64,000 nucleotides of DNA from positions 7,324 through 71,323 of the forward strand of contig JBBJOW010000007.1 in assembly GCA_037724045.1 (NCBI GenBank), given 5' to 3'. Numbering within the stretch: the stretch's first letter is position 1; each line of letters opens with the position of its first letter. Below the pieces are notes generated by a model. That model ran no database searches. It saw only the letters and a list, made by a program, of their open reading frames with translations, and had not been told where the DNA came from. Position numbers and translations under genes: made by a program. Shown here piece after piece: positions 8,289 through 16,804 of this stretch. The stretch is from Solirubrobacteraceae bacterium. GTDB taxonomy: Bacteria > Actinomycetota > Thermoleophilia > Solirubrobacterales > Solirubrobacteraceae.

Positions 8289-9614
8289 CTACGCCGCGAC
8301 ATTTCGCAGTAGCGCGTAGTCGGCTTCAGCCTCACCGAACGGGGCCGATGTTGCCAGTTTTGTTGCCACCCCCGTGTCTACCTTGGTGGACAACTCGGCG
8401 TCGAGGTCGAGCGCGTCGGCCTGGTCGTCGTCGAGCAGATGCACGTACGTCGAGAGCGTGAACGCCGCCGAATGGTGCCCCAGCGTCCGCTGTACCTGCT
8501 TCGCGTTCGCTCCGCGCTCGAACAGCATGGACGCCATCGTGTGCCGGAACGTGTGGAAGCCGGCCCACGAGGCGCCGGCCTCCTCGGCCGCGGGCTTGAG
8601 CACGCGCCGGCGGACGTTGGACACGTTCAGCGACTGCCCATTGAGCGACGGGAACACGAGGTCGTCATCGCCGGGGTACTCCGTCGCCTTGCGGTGCGCG
8701 CGCAGCTCGTCCACGAGCGCCGCAGGGATGCCGACGTCCCGGCGGGACTGCTTCGTCTTCGGCGGGCCGACCCTGCCGCGGACGATGCCGCGGCGGACCT
8801 TGACGTGCGGCCGGGAGCCGTCGAGCTGCAGGTGCCGCCATTGCAACGCGACGACCTCGCTGACCCGGAGCCCGGTCGCGGCGAGCAGCCGGAACATGAC
8901 CCGGTGCCGGCGGTCGACGACGAGCAGGAACGCGGCGAGCTGCTCGCGCGTGAACGCACGCACCGGCCCGTCCTCAAGTTCGTCGTCGACCTTCGGCCGG
9001 TTCGGTAGCTGCGCGCCGTCTGCGGGGTTGTGGCGGATCAGACCCTCCCGCCGCGCGGTGCTCAGGCAAGCGCGCAGCGGGCAGAGCACGTTGCGGACCG
9101 TCTTGTCCGACAGGACCTTCACGGCGTCGTCGGCGAGCGGCCTGGGCGGCTTTGACCGGCGTCCTTCGTCGGTCGCCTTCTCGTGCGCGCGGACGGCGAG
9201 CCTGTACGTGTGCTCGGCCTGGGCGCGGCCGTCGCAGAGCCACCCGACGAACCGGGCGACGTGCAACGGCGTCAACTCGACGAGCTTGAGCTTCGCCGGG
9301 AAGTGCTCGAGCGGGTAGAGCTCGAGCAGCCCGCGGTAGTCCTCGCGGGTCTGGTCACGGAAGCCGCGCTGGCCGCCCTGGTAACGGTCGATCCATTCGC
9401 GGACGTACTCGTGGAGGGTCTGACGGCTCGCGCCGGCCAGCTCCCCCGAGTCTCGCTGAGCGGTGCGCCTCGCCTTCAGGCGCCTCGCTTCGTCGTATGT
9501 GCGGGCGCTCTCCTTGCGCTGGCGGCCGTCCGCGTCGCGGTAGACGATCACGTAGCGGCCGCCGCGCTTGAAGATGCCCGGCGCCTTCGTCTTCTCCATC
9601 GTGGGCGCCGGCAT
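8289..9614 (-). CDS. int: Tyrosine recombinase / phage integrase
   Basis: MPAPTMEKTKAPGIFKRGGRYVIVYRD (SAM-like N-terminal domain)...TGLRVSEVVALQW...AGFHTFRHTMASMLFERG...LGHHSAAFTLSTYVHL, showing the R..HxxR..Y catalytic pattern. I chose the ATG at 9614. Confidence 0.9.
   Translation of the reverse strand: MPAPTMEKTKAPGIFKRGGRYVIVYRDADGRQRKESARTYDEARRLKARRTAQRDSGELAGASRQTLHEYVREWIDRYQGGQRGFRDQTREDYRGLLELYPLEHFPAKLKLVELTPLHVARFVGWLCDGRAQAEHTYRLAVRAHEKATDEGRRSKPPRPLADDAVKVLSDKTVRNVLCPLRACLSTARREGLIRHNPADGAQLPNRPKVDDELEDGPVRAFTREQLAAFLLVVDRRHRVMFRLLAATGLRVSEVVALQWRHLQLDGSRPHVKVRRGIVRGRVGPPKTKQSRRDVGIPAALVDELRAHRKATEYPGDDDLVFPSLNGQSLNVSNVRRRVLKPAAEEAGASWAGFHTFRHTMASMLFERGANAKQVQRTLGHHSAAFTLSTYVHLLDDDQADALDLDAELSTKVDTGVATKLATSAPFGEAEADYALLRNVAA
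8348..8371 (+). repeat. Putative integrase arm-type site (GTTGCCA x2)
   Basis: ATGTTGCCAGTTTTGTTGCCACCC matches 22738-22761 at 23 of 24 positions, in the same orientation. It lies 106 bp from the att core and inside the integrase 3' end. Confidence 0.4.
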
Positions 9615-9814
9615 CAGGCGCCCCTCAGCGCGACGACGTTCTCCGGTGTCGCCGCGTCCACCGGAATCGGAGCGCGATTCGGCAAACACTCCGCGAACCG
9701 CTTCAGACTGGTCCAGAGAGTGTCGTCGAAGCCGTGCGCCTCGTACTCGAGCCGCGCCGCCTCCATGAGGGCGCGGCGGGCGGTCTCCATCGGGTGCTCC
9801 CGGGGTTCGGGCAT
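9614..9814 (-). CDS. Small hypothetical protein, translationally coupled to integrase
   Basis: MPEPREHPMETARRALMEAARLEYEAHGFDDTLW.... A TGATG stop/start overlap occurs at both ends (9612-9616 and 9812-9816). Confidence 0.45.
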   Translation of the reverse strand: MPEPREHPMETARRALMEAARLEYEAHGFDDTLWTSLKRFAECLPNRAPIPVDAATPENVVALRGA

Positions 9815-10134
9815 CAGGACGCCTCCGGCAGCCGCACGAAGCGGGTATCGCCCTCGAAATCGCGCCACGCCCAGTCGGGCAGGCCGTCGTCGATGTGGAC
9901 TGACCAGGACTCCCCGTCCTTCGCAAGCGCGGCGTCGACTGTGGCGACGATCTCGTCGCGAGTCATACCCGCACCTTCGGCGGTGAGCGCGGCGTAGCCG
10001 AGCATCGTCACTGCGGTGTAGGCCTCACCGCGAGCCTGGGCGCTGCGCCGGCTCGCACACGCCTCACACCACGCCTCGGTGTAGTGGCCGGTGAGCAAGT
10101 GCGTGGCCGACGCGAAGCAGGACCCGCACTTCAT
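9814..10134 (-). CDS. Small zinc-ribbon protein (CxxC...CxxC)
   Basis: MKCGSCFASATHLLTGHYTEAWCEACASRR.... ATGA overlap with the upstream ORF at 10131-10134. Confidence 0.5.
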   Translation of the reverse strand: MKCGSCFASATHLLTGHYTEAWCEACASRRSAQARGEAYTAVTMLGYAALTAEGAGMTRDEIVATVDAALAKDGESWSVHIDDGLPDWAWRDFEGDTRFVRLPEAS

Positions 10135-10538
10135 GCCGACGCCTCCGGCGACGCCGCTGCGTGGTATGCCTCGAGAGCCTCGGCGCGGTCCGCGAGAACC
10201 CGGATCTTCGGCGGGTCGAGGTCGCCGCCCTCCTCGCCGAGATCGACGGTGTAGATCCAGTTCACGGCCTCCTTCGCGAGAACGCGATGGATGTCGTCGC
10301 GGGTGGTCAGTTCGACGTCCTGTTCGTGGTCTCGTGGCTCCCAGCCGAGTTGGTCGAGAGTCACCGCGTGCGCCATCAGTTCGCGGTGAAGATCTGCGCG
10401 TCCATGAGGGTCGTCGACTCGTTCCGCGATCGTGTCGGCCGTCTGCGCGTACAGCCAGTAGGCCTGGTGCCGGACGTGGGGCACTGCGAGGGCGGAGAGC
10501 GAGATCTTGACCTCTCGCGTCGGTGTAGTGGTGGTCAT
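10131..10538 (-). CDS. Acidic hypothetical protein
   Basis: ORF 10131..10538 has ATGA overlap with the upstream gene and coding-like third-position GC. No family recognised. Confidence 0.55.
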   Translation of the reverse strand: MTTTTPTREVKISLSALAVPHVRHQAYWLYAQTADTIAERVDDPHGRADLHRELMAHAVTLDQLGWEPRDHEQDVELTTRDDIHRVLAKEAVNWIYTVDLGEEGGDLDPPKIRVLADRAEALEAYHAAASPEASA

Positions 10539-10957
10539 CGGTTCGTCGCCTCAACCTGCGCGACGGTGTCGTGCATCTGGTCGCGCAGCCCGTGGCCGAC
10601 GAACGCCCTCACGGTCGCCTCGCGAGTGATCCCGCCGTAGCTCACACAGTCGACGTCGAGCATTGCCGCGATCACCTGCTCAGCCATCACCCGCGACACC
10701 ATGATCTCCGTGTCCTCCGCCACTTCGCCCCAGCCGATGGCGTCGAGCACGTCGCGGCGGACCGTGACCAGGTCGAGGAACGCCTCAAGGTCATCGCGTG
10801 TCTCGATGTCTGACGGGCTCTCGAGGTCGGCCTCCACCTCTCCGCGCCAGACGTCGGCGAAGTGCTTCGCCGCCTCCGGGCTGAGGCGTAACGTGACGAC
10901 GTCCCTAGGTTGGTCCGCGAACGCCTTGGTCCGGGCCTTGGTCGTGCTTGTGGTCAC
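10535..10957 (-). CDS. Acidic hypothetical protein
   Basis: GTG start at 10957 is preceded by GAAGGAGGAGCAA (a strong RBS). VTTSTTKARTKAFADQPRDVVTLRLSPEAAKHF.... Confidence 0.55.
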   Translation of the reverse strand: MTTSTTKARTKAFADQPRDVVTLRLSPEAAKHFADVWRGEVEADLESPSDIETRDDLEAFLDLVTVRRDVLDAIGWGEVAEDTEIMVSRVMAEQVIAAMLDVDCVSYGGITREATVRAFVGHGLRDQMHDTVAQVEATNR

Positions 10958-11165
10958 TTGCTCCTCCTTCGGCTGAGGCTCCGAAGGGTTCGCCTGTGAC
11001 GAGAGGCCCACGCCGCCTGGTTGGGTAGCGTGCGCGCCGCATCGAAGGTTCTGTCTTCGGTGCCATGCCCCCGGGCCGTTTGCGCGGTCGCGGGGGCGAT
11101 TTGGTTGACGCGGCGGACGGTAGCGAAGCGACGCCGCGCGCGCAAGCCCAGGGACGCCGGGGTCC

Positions 11166-11453
11166 TCACGAGTCGTCGCCTTCGACGTAGGGCTTGAGCA
11201 GGTCAACACCCTTGTAGTTGAGCGTCGTCGAGCCGAGGTCTATGTGGTGGCCCTCTGCTTCCAGACGCGCCACCAGCTCTACCTGGCCCAGATGCACGGC
11301 CCGGATCGCGATCCGGGCAACGGCCCCGTACAGCGGGTCGTCGGGGTCGCCGAGGTCGTGGCTCGACAGGCCGCCGCGACTCAGCTCCTCGGAGAAGATC
11401 CGAGCGAGCTGCTGCTCCACGAAGTTCGGGGGCTCATCCGCTTCGTCGTTCAT
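11166..11453 (-). CDS. Hypothetical protein
   Basis: ORF has ATGA overlap with the preceding tape-measure C-terminal ORF. No family recognised. Confidence 0.5.
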   Translation of the reverse strand: MNDEADEPPNFVEQQLARIFSEELSRGGLSSHDLGDPDDPLYGAVARIAIRAVHLGQVELVARLEAEGHHIDLGSTTLNYKGVDLLKPYVEGDDS

Positions 11454-12028
11454 GCCTGGTGCCTGATGTCGCCGTCGACCTGGAAGACCTTCTTGTGCAG
11501 GACGCGCTTGTCGAGCGGCTGGTTCTCAATGGTCGTCGAGAGTTCGATGACCGTCCGTCGCGGGAGCACGGTGCGCAACGAGCGCGGGGAGGGTTCCGAG
11601 TTTGTCGGCGTGGGGCGAAGCATCCGAGACGTTTGGCCCGCGGTGAAGACTCGCGAGCCCATCGGCAGGGCCGCGAGCTCGGGGCCCTGCTCGCCGACGA
11701 TCTGCAGCGGCGAGCGGACGACGCCGCCGGCCGCGAAGCCAGCCAGCCCGAGCAGGCTGTTCTTCGGAAATATGCCGCTGCCGCCGTCGCTTTGGCCGGG
11801 GACGATCGAGAGCGGGTTCTTCGCCACCTTGTCAGCCAACGCGATCGCGTCCTGCGAGAACCGAACCACGTCCTTGAGGGCGTTGATGAGCCACGCGATC
11901 TTTGGGCGAAGCCAGTCGATGGCGCCGCCGACGAACTGCTTGATGTCGCGGCCGGCGTTCATGGCCCACTCACCGGCCTTCTTCAGCGCCGCCCACACCT
12001 GATCGACCTTTCGTTCGGAAGGCGTCAT
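11450..12028 (-). CDS. Tape-measure protein C-terminal segment (separate frame)
   Basis: ...[33 protein letters not shown] resembles the conserved GE.GPE...P.GS.V block near tape-measure C-termini. It overlaps ORF 11970..13631 by 59 nt in another frame. Confidence 0.6.
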   Translation of the reverse strand: MTPSERKVDQVWAALKKAGEWAMNAGRDIKQFVGGAIDWLRPKIAWLINALKDVVRFSQDAIALADKVAKNPLSIVPGQSDGGSGIFPKNSLLGLAGFAAGGVVRSPLQIVGEQGPELAALPMGSRVFTAGQTSRMLRPTPTNSEPSPRSLRTVLPRRTVIELSTTIENQPLDKRVLHKKVFQVDGDIRHQA

Positions 12029-13631
12029 TCTTCTTGTAGGCGATCACGACGCCGGCCGCCAGGGCAGCGATAGCCACGACGATCAGCCCGATCGGGTTCG
12101 CGGTCAGCGCCGCGTTGAGCAGCCACTGGACACCAGCCCACACCTTCGTGGCGGCGGCCACGGCATTCGTCGCAACCGTATAGGTGATCGTCGCCGCTGC
12201 CTGGCTCCGCAACACCCTGCCGAGAGCGCTCGTTGCATCGGTGAAACCCAGGACCTTGTTGACGGCCATAGCCCCGATGAGGACCGTGATCGCAGCGCTC
12301 GCTCCGGGGACCGTGTTCGTCAGCCAAGCCGACGCCTTGGCCAGCGCGCTCAAGGCCTTGACGTACAGGATCATCGGACCCGACGACCCGAACAGCGGCT
12401 CCATCGCCGCCGCGAGATTCGTGATCGCGGAGACCAACGTCGGCCCGAACGCCTTCGTGGTCCCGCCGACGACCCTCGTCAACACCGGCAGCAGCTCGGT
12501 CCGGATCTGCTTGATCATCGGCGCGAGACTCGACGCGCCGCCGCCGAGACTCCCGAACGACTTGCCGACGGAACCGATCAGCTTGGCGAGCTCATAGACC
12601 GCCGGTTTCGCCTCAGCGAACCACGTTTTCAGCGAGTTCTGGCCGCGCATCGAACCGGTCCACTTCGCGAACCGGCCGGCCGCAGCGTCGATCGACGCGA
12701 GCAGCTCACCGCCGAGACTCGACCCGGCCCGGCCAATGTTCAACAGGCCCCGGGCGACGCTGCCGGTGATCGAGAACAGCCGCGACAGGACGTCACGGGT
12801 CTTCTCGAAGAACGCCGCCAGCTTGCCCGTCTCGCGGCCCGTTCTCGCAGCGGCCTGGATGTTGCGTCCCCAGACCCCCGCGAGGCGAGTCATCCAATCC
12901 ACCAGCGGCCCGGCAGCGATGACGACGTGGCGGAGAGCGTCGCCGAGCCGCAGCCCGGTGCCGCCGAGGCGGCGGATGGTGAGGTTGTTGCGGCCCAGCT
13001 GCTTCTCGAGGTCTTGGCCGAATCCCTTGGAGCCGATGAGCTTTCCGGCGCGCTCGGCGAGCATCCCGATCGACTTGCCGGTGGCGGCCATCCCGGTCCG
13101 GAGGACGCCGAGGTTCCCTGACGCGGCTTTCAGGCCCGCGGTGAGGCCCGGGAACATGCCGCGCTGGATCTGCTTCTGAATGTCGATGACGGGCGCCTTG
13201 AGGCCCTGGAGGACACGAGCGAACCGGCGAGCGGGTGGCGTCAGCGCCGCGAGCTTGTCCGGGTCGAGCTTGTCGTTGAGTCCGCCGACGGCATCGGTGA
13301 CGCCGGCGATGCCGAGCTGGAACGTGGCGAGGCCCTGCTGAGCCGCGGACGCTATCGCCGGGTACGCCGCGAGCGCACCGGCTGCGGGTGCGACCCCGGC
13401 CGCCAACGCGACCCCGCCCGCCGCGGCGGCTGACATCGACTGCGCGAGGAGTCCGACGCCGGTGATCAGTGCGGCTGGCATCACCAGCTTCCGGGTGCTG
13501 CCCACGACACGGTTGACCCGCTCGCCCTCGTCGCCGATGCCGCGCAGCCCGCCCGCGGCCTTGTCGGCGTCACGCTCAAACGAGCGGGCACCTAGCAAGC
13601 GAAGTCTGATTGTTGCCGAACTCTCAGCCAT
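11970..13631 (-). CDS. Phage tail tape-measure protein (main part)
   Basis: 553 aa, Ala/Gly/Leu-rich and helical: [24 protein letters not shown]...[41 protein letters not shown].... It has C-terminal hydrophobic segments, as in the TP901-type tape-measure core. Confidence 0.8.
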   Translation of the reverse strand: MAESSATIRLRLLGARSFERDADKAAGGLRGIGDEGERVNRVVGSTRKLVMPAALITGVGLLAQSMSAAAAGGVALAAGVAPAAGALAAYPAIASAAQQGLATFQLGIAGVTDAVGGLNDKLDPDKLAALTPPARRFARVLQGLKAPVIDIQKQIQRGMFPGLTAGLKAASGNLGVLRTGMAATGKSIGMLAERAGKLIGSKGFGQDLEKQLGRNNLTIRRLGGTGLRLGDALRHVVIAAGPLVDWMTRLAGVWGRNIQAAARTGRETGKLAAFFEKTRDVLSRLFSITGSVARGLLNIGRAGSSLGGELLASIDAAAGRFAKWTGSMRGQNSLKTWFAEAKPAVYELAKLIGSVGKSFGSLGGGASSLAPMIKQIRTELLPVLTRVVGGTTKAFGPTLVSAITNLAAAMEPLFGSSGPMILYVKALSALAKASAWLTNTVPGASAAITVLIGAMAVNKVLGFTDATSALGRVLRSQAAATITYTVATNAVAAATKVWAGVQWLLNAALTANPIGLIVVAIAALAAGVVIAYKKNDAFRTKGRSGVGGAEEGR

Positions 13632-14121
13632 GGAGGTCGTCCAGCAGCCGATCGAGGGTGCTCTTGCGGCCGATGACCCAGCTCATGATCTCGTCGGCGA
13701 ACACGTTGAGGCGATCCTCGTTACCGAGGACGCGCCGGATGACTTCGGACGTCGACATCTCGGGACGGCCCATTACCTCCGCGACGCCGCGCCAACCGTG
13801 GCGCACCTCCATCCAGTCCTCGCCCTTGCGCAACAGGACCGCGTCAGTCGAATGGGCGACGATCTTCACAGCGGTGCTGCGGTCGTCGCTCTTCGGCGCC
13901 TTCGCCCGCACTCGAAGCGTGTCCCAGCCGGGCACGTCGAACGTCTGGACGCTGTCGGTGTCGAGCTTCGCGAGCCCGGCCTCCAGCACCGAGGCCAGGT
14001 CCTCCCCGGTCGCGCCCTCCTGCGTGACAGCGCAGGCTATGTCAGCCGCCGTCGTCATGCCGGTCGTCGGCGTCGCCGCCGTCAGCGGGATTCCCGTGCT
14101 TGCCGTCGTCAGGTCAGTCAT
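13624..14121 (-). CDS. Hypothetical protein between terminase and tape measure
   Basis: ATG at 14121 is preceded by AAGGAGATAACG (RBS). Its stop overlaps the tape-measure start. At 166 aa it is too small to be a portal. Confidence 0.5.
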   Translation of the reverse strand: MTDLTTASTGIPLTAATPTTGMTTAADIACAVTQEGATGEDLASVLEAGLAKLDTDSVQTFDVPGWDTLRVRAKAPKSDDRSTAVKIVAHSTDAVLLRKGEDWMEVRHGWRGVAEVMGRPEMSTSEVIRRVLGNEDRLNVFADEIMSWVIGRKSTLDRLLDDLHG

Positions 14122-14147
14122 CGTTATCTCCTTCGTTTGGGTCATGG

Positions 14148-15653
14148 TCAGAGTCGGGTGATGCGGTAGTCCTCGAGCGTCGCCTGCGGCCTGGTCGGCG
14201 CCTGGTCGACGCCCCACATGGCCAACGTGCCGGCGACCAGCGGCGTGACGTCGGCCCGCGAGGCGCGACGCGACCACAACCACGCATCGCCGAGCGGCCG
14301 GATGCTCGCGCCCTCGATCGCCGCCGAGAGCTCGGGCGTGCCCGTATGGCGCACCAGGCCCTGCTCGACCCGGTCGATCAGTTGCCCGCACGCCTCGGCG
14401 TGCTGCTGGGCGCCAACCGGCTCGAGTGTGACGCCGGCATCCGCGAGGCCGCGTACGAGAGCGGCAGTCGGGCTCTTCTCGGCGTACCGGAAGCCGGTCG
14501 AGTCGTGCGCGGCCTGCAGATCAGCCGCGCGCTGCGCTACCCACCCGCAGCCGGGACGGTGCTCGACGACCTCGACGTGCACGAGGCCGTCCGGCCCGGT
14601 GCCGGCGGCCGCGATCGCAGCCGACGACCGGTCGGGGTGAACGTCGATCGCGAAGCTCACCCGTCCCGTGATCGTCGACGTGGAGTCCACCAGCGCCGCC
14701 CAGACGGCGCTCGCGATGATCGCCTCCTCGTCCTCTTCGTCGTCGACGGGACCGGGCCAGTCGCCAATGCCGAGCCGCTCAACCGCGAACGTCCGCCGGC
14801 TGAGCGTCGCCCGCTCCGCGCGGACCGCGTCGAGCGTCATCCGCCCGCCCAAACCGGGGTTGCCCTGCGCCCACGCGTCGACGTCGTCAATGACGTCGTC
14901 AAGGGCATCGAGCGACCCCGGTGCGGAGTGCTCGACGTAGCCGAGCTGAGTCTCCCCGCCCGCCAGCGCCCGGCGGCGGACGCTCGAGAAGGCGTGCCCA
15001 TCCGCGTGGACGGCCCTGTCGACCGCCGAGCCGACGTACGCGATCTGCGCGTTCGGCCGGGCGCTGACAACCGGCAGCAACGCACCCATGACGATTTCCG
15101 GGAGAAACATCGCCTCGTCGAGCGCCAGGAAGTCGCCGCCGAGGCCACGGCCGGCGCCGCCCTTCGTCCTCGCCCGATACTTCAATCGCTGCCCGCCGCT
15201 GACGCGCCGGCCGGTCGGCCCGTGAAGCTCGATCCCCTCGTCGCCGTTCGCGGTCCTCATCGACTTCACCCGGCGCGACAACTCCGGGGTGCCCTCAATC
15301 AGCGCGCGCATCCGACGGAACGCCTCCAGCGCCGTCCCGAACAAGTGCGCCGAATGCACCAAGTCGCGCTCGCCGAAGAGAAACAGGCCCGCGAGCTCGC
15401 GGATCTCGAGCACGACGCCCTTCCCTGACTGGCGGGGGACGCACAGGCCGTACTCGCGGCACGCCCACGCCCCATCCTCGCGCTCGCAAAGCATCGCCGC
15501 GACGGCGGTCTCCTCCCACGGCTCAGGCTCGATACCGGCGACCCTCGCGAGCTCGAGCGCCTCACGGGTCGCCTCCGCGGACCGGCCGGCGTCGTGTGGC
15601 GGCAAATAGAGCAGCCGCGGCTCCTGCACGCCGGTGATGGGCTCAGCCAGCAC
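14148..15653 (-). CDS. terL: Terminase large subunit
   Basis: VPRQSGKGVVLE (Walker A-like), DFLALDEAMF (Walker B), and an RNaseH-like C-terminal nuclease region. GTG start at 15653 overlaps the upstream ORF. Confidence 0.82.
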   Translation of the reverse strand: MLAEPITGVQEPRLLYLPPHDAGRSAEATREALELARVAGIEPEPWEETAVAAMLCEREDGAWACREYGLCVPRQSGKGVVLEIRELAGLFLFGERDLVHSAHLFGTALEAFRRMRALIEGTPELSRRVKSMRTANGDEGIELHGPTGRRVSGGQRLKYRARTKGGAGRGLGGDFLALDEAMFLPEIVMGALLPVVSARPNAQIAYVGSAVDRAVHADGHAFSSVRRRALAGGETQLGYVEHSAPGSLDALDDVIDDVDAWAQGNPGLGGRMTLDAVRAERATLSRRTFAVERLGIGDWPGPVDDEEDEEAIIASAVWAALVDSTSTITGRVSFAIDVHPDRSSAAIAAAGTGPDGLVHVEVVEHRPGCGWVAQRAADLQAAHDSTGFRYAEKSPTAALVRGLADAGVTLEPVGAQQHAEACGQLIDRVEQGLVRHTGTPELSAAIEGASIRPLGDAWLWSRRASRADVTPLVAGTLAMWGVDQAPTRPQATLEDYRITRL

Positions 15654-16026
15654 GGCGCAGCTCCCTCGCGCGCGCCAACTCGTCGACCCGATCGGCCTCG
15701 GTTGCCGGCGGCGCCAGCTCCCGCAACCGGTCGACGCTCTCCCGCAACTCGCGGTGAAGAGCGGCCTTCGACGTCGCCGAATTGTACGGGTGCGCAATCT
15801 CGAACGCGAGGGCGACGATCCCAGCCGCCAACGGCGAGTCCGCCAGGACCGCATCGCGCTCGCGGATGGCTTCGACCTCGCGCAACGCAGCGTCGATGAC
15901 GTCCGTGCGCGCGTTGTCGGCCAGCGGCCCGTCGAACATCTCGCGGGCGGCATCGACGGGCATCTCCACCAGCGCCCGGCTGTTGAACGGGCCGAACACG
16001 CTCACCACGCGCGCATCCTTAGACAC
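15643..16026 (-). CDS. Putative terminase small subunit / packaging accessory protein
   Basis: Called mainly on position, immediately upstream of and overlapping terL. It is helical and 127 aa long. GAGGAGG lies upstream of GTG 16026. No decisive motif. Confidence 0.4.
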   Translation of the reverse strand: MSKDARVVSVFGPFNSRALVEMPVDAAREMFDGPLADNARTDVIDAALREVEAIRERDAVLADSPLAAGIVALAFEIAHPYNSATSKAALHRELRESVDRLRELAPPATEADRVDELARARELRRAG

Positions 16027-16351
16027 GACCCCTCCTCGCGACGCAGCCGGCGCACGAGCACACGAACCACTCGCATGACCAGGCACGGTGCACGAGCTCG
16101 GCCGGCGACAGATTCACGCCCGCTGCGACCGGCAGCTTCTCCCGGTTGCAGCCGCGGTGAGCCGGCCCGAGGTACAGCGACCTGTCCGCGTCGTCATGGT
16201 CGAGGTCCCACGGCTCAGCAGGCCCGATCAGCCGGCCGCAACGAGAGCACGCCACCGTCCCCGCAGCCACCTTCGGCGCCCATTGCGCGCGCAACCGCTT
16301 GTGCGCCGCTCCGTAGCCACGAGCGGCCGTCTTCGCGAGGCCTTGCGTCAC
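16019..16351 (-). CDS. HNH endonuclease
   Basis: GYGAAHKRLRAQWAPKVAAGTVACSRCGRLIGPAEPWDLDHDDADRSLYLGPAHRGCN shows CxxC plus the D-H...H..CN HNH pattern typical of phage HNH next to terminase. The start is uncertain (GTG 16351). Confidence 0.75.
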   Translation of the reverse strand: MTQGLAKTAARGYGAAHKRLRAQWAPKVAAGTVACSRCGRLIGPAEPWDLDHDDADRSLYLGPAHRGCNREKLPVAAGVNLSPAELVHRAWSCEWFVCSCAGCVARRGRV

Positions 16352-16640
16352 CGCACGGCACCTATGTGGCGACTTCTGAGCGCCGCAGAGAGAGGGAACG
16401 ACTGCGGAGTCGCGGCCAGTGCCGCTGGTCCGGGACGGGACCCTCCCCCCTGGGGTCGAGTGTGGGGATGGGGGGATGCCGTGCCGGGGGCGTTGACGTC
16501 GGCGGTGATCAGGAACCGGGTGTCGGTGTTCGTCGGCGCGCCAGACGGGTTCCTCGACGCGCTCGCTGCGGCCACCGGTAAGAGTCGTCCGGAGCTGAAG
16601 TTTCGCCGGCAGTTCGCGGAGCGCTTCCCGACCACCGAGG

Positions 16641-16701
16641 CATTGGCTACGGCCGTAGCCAATGTGGCGAACCGCCCGGACGTCGACGGACGTCCGGGCG
16701 G
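16641..16701. other. Structured non-coding DNA (24-bp perfect palindrome + 13-bp-stem hairpin); candidate cos/pac or terminator region
   Basis: CATTGGCTACGGCCGTAGCCAATG (16641-16664) is a perfect palindrome. CCGCCCGGACGTC-gacg-GACGTCCGGGCGG (16672-16701) forms a hairpin. Both lie in the 453-bp gap between the capsid and HNH genes. Confidence 0.35.
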
Positions 16702-16804
16702 CTCGAGTCCCCCGCGACCGCGACTGCACGAATGCAATCGCGGCGCCTTCCCGGCGGTAAGGAGGGTCCGCCGGTGAAGATTGTGGTCGGTGGTCCGCAT
16801 CGCG

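Noticed and set aside
8289-9926. Longer 545-aa version of the integrase ORF, and the 246-aa version of ORF 9814-10554
   Set aside because: The N-terminal extensions are Arg/Pro/Gly-rich and overlap better-supported small ORFs. Internal ATG starts at 9614 and 10134 coincide with stop/start overlaps.
13624-14121. Candidate portal or major tail protein downstream of terminase
   Set aside because: At 166 aa it is far too small for a portal, and I recognise no tail-tube signature. It is left as hypothetical.
16481-16777. Plus-strand 98-codon ORF in the capsid-HNH gap (..VSVFVGAPDGFLDALAAATGKSRPELKFRRQFAERF..)
   Set aside because: It is protein-like in parts, but it would encode straight through the 24-bp perfect palindrome and the 13-bp-stem hairpin. 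It has no clear RBS and runs against the orientation of every neighbouring island gene. It is kept only as an alternative explanation in the cos-region finding.
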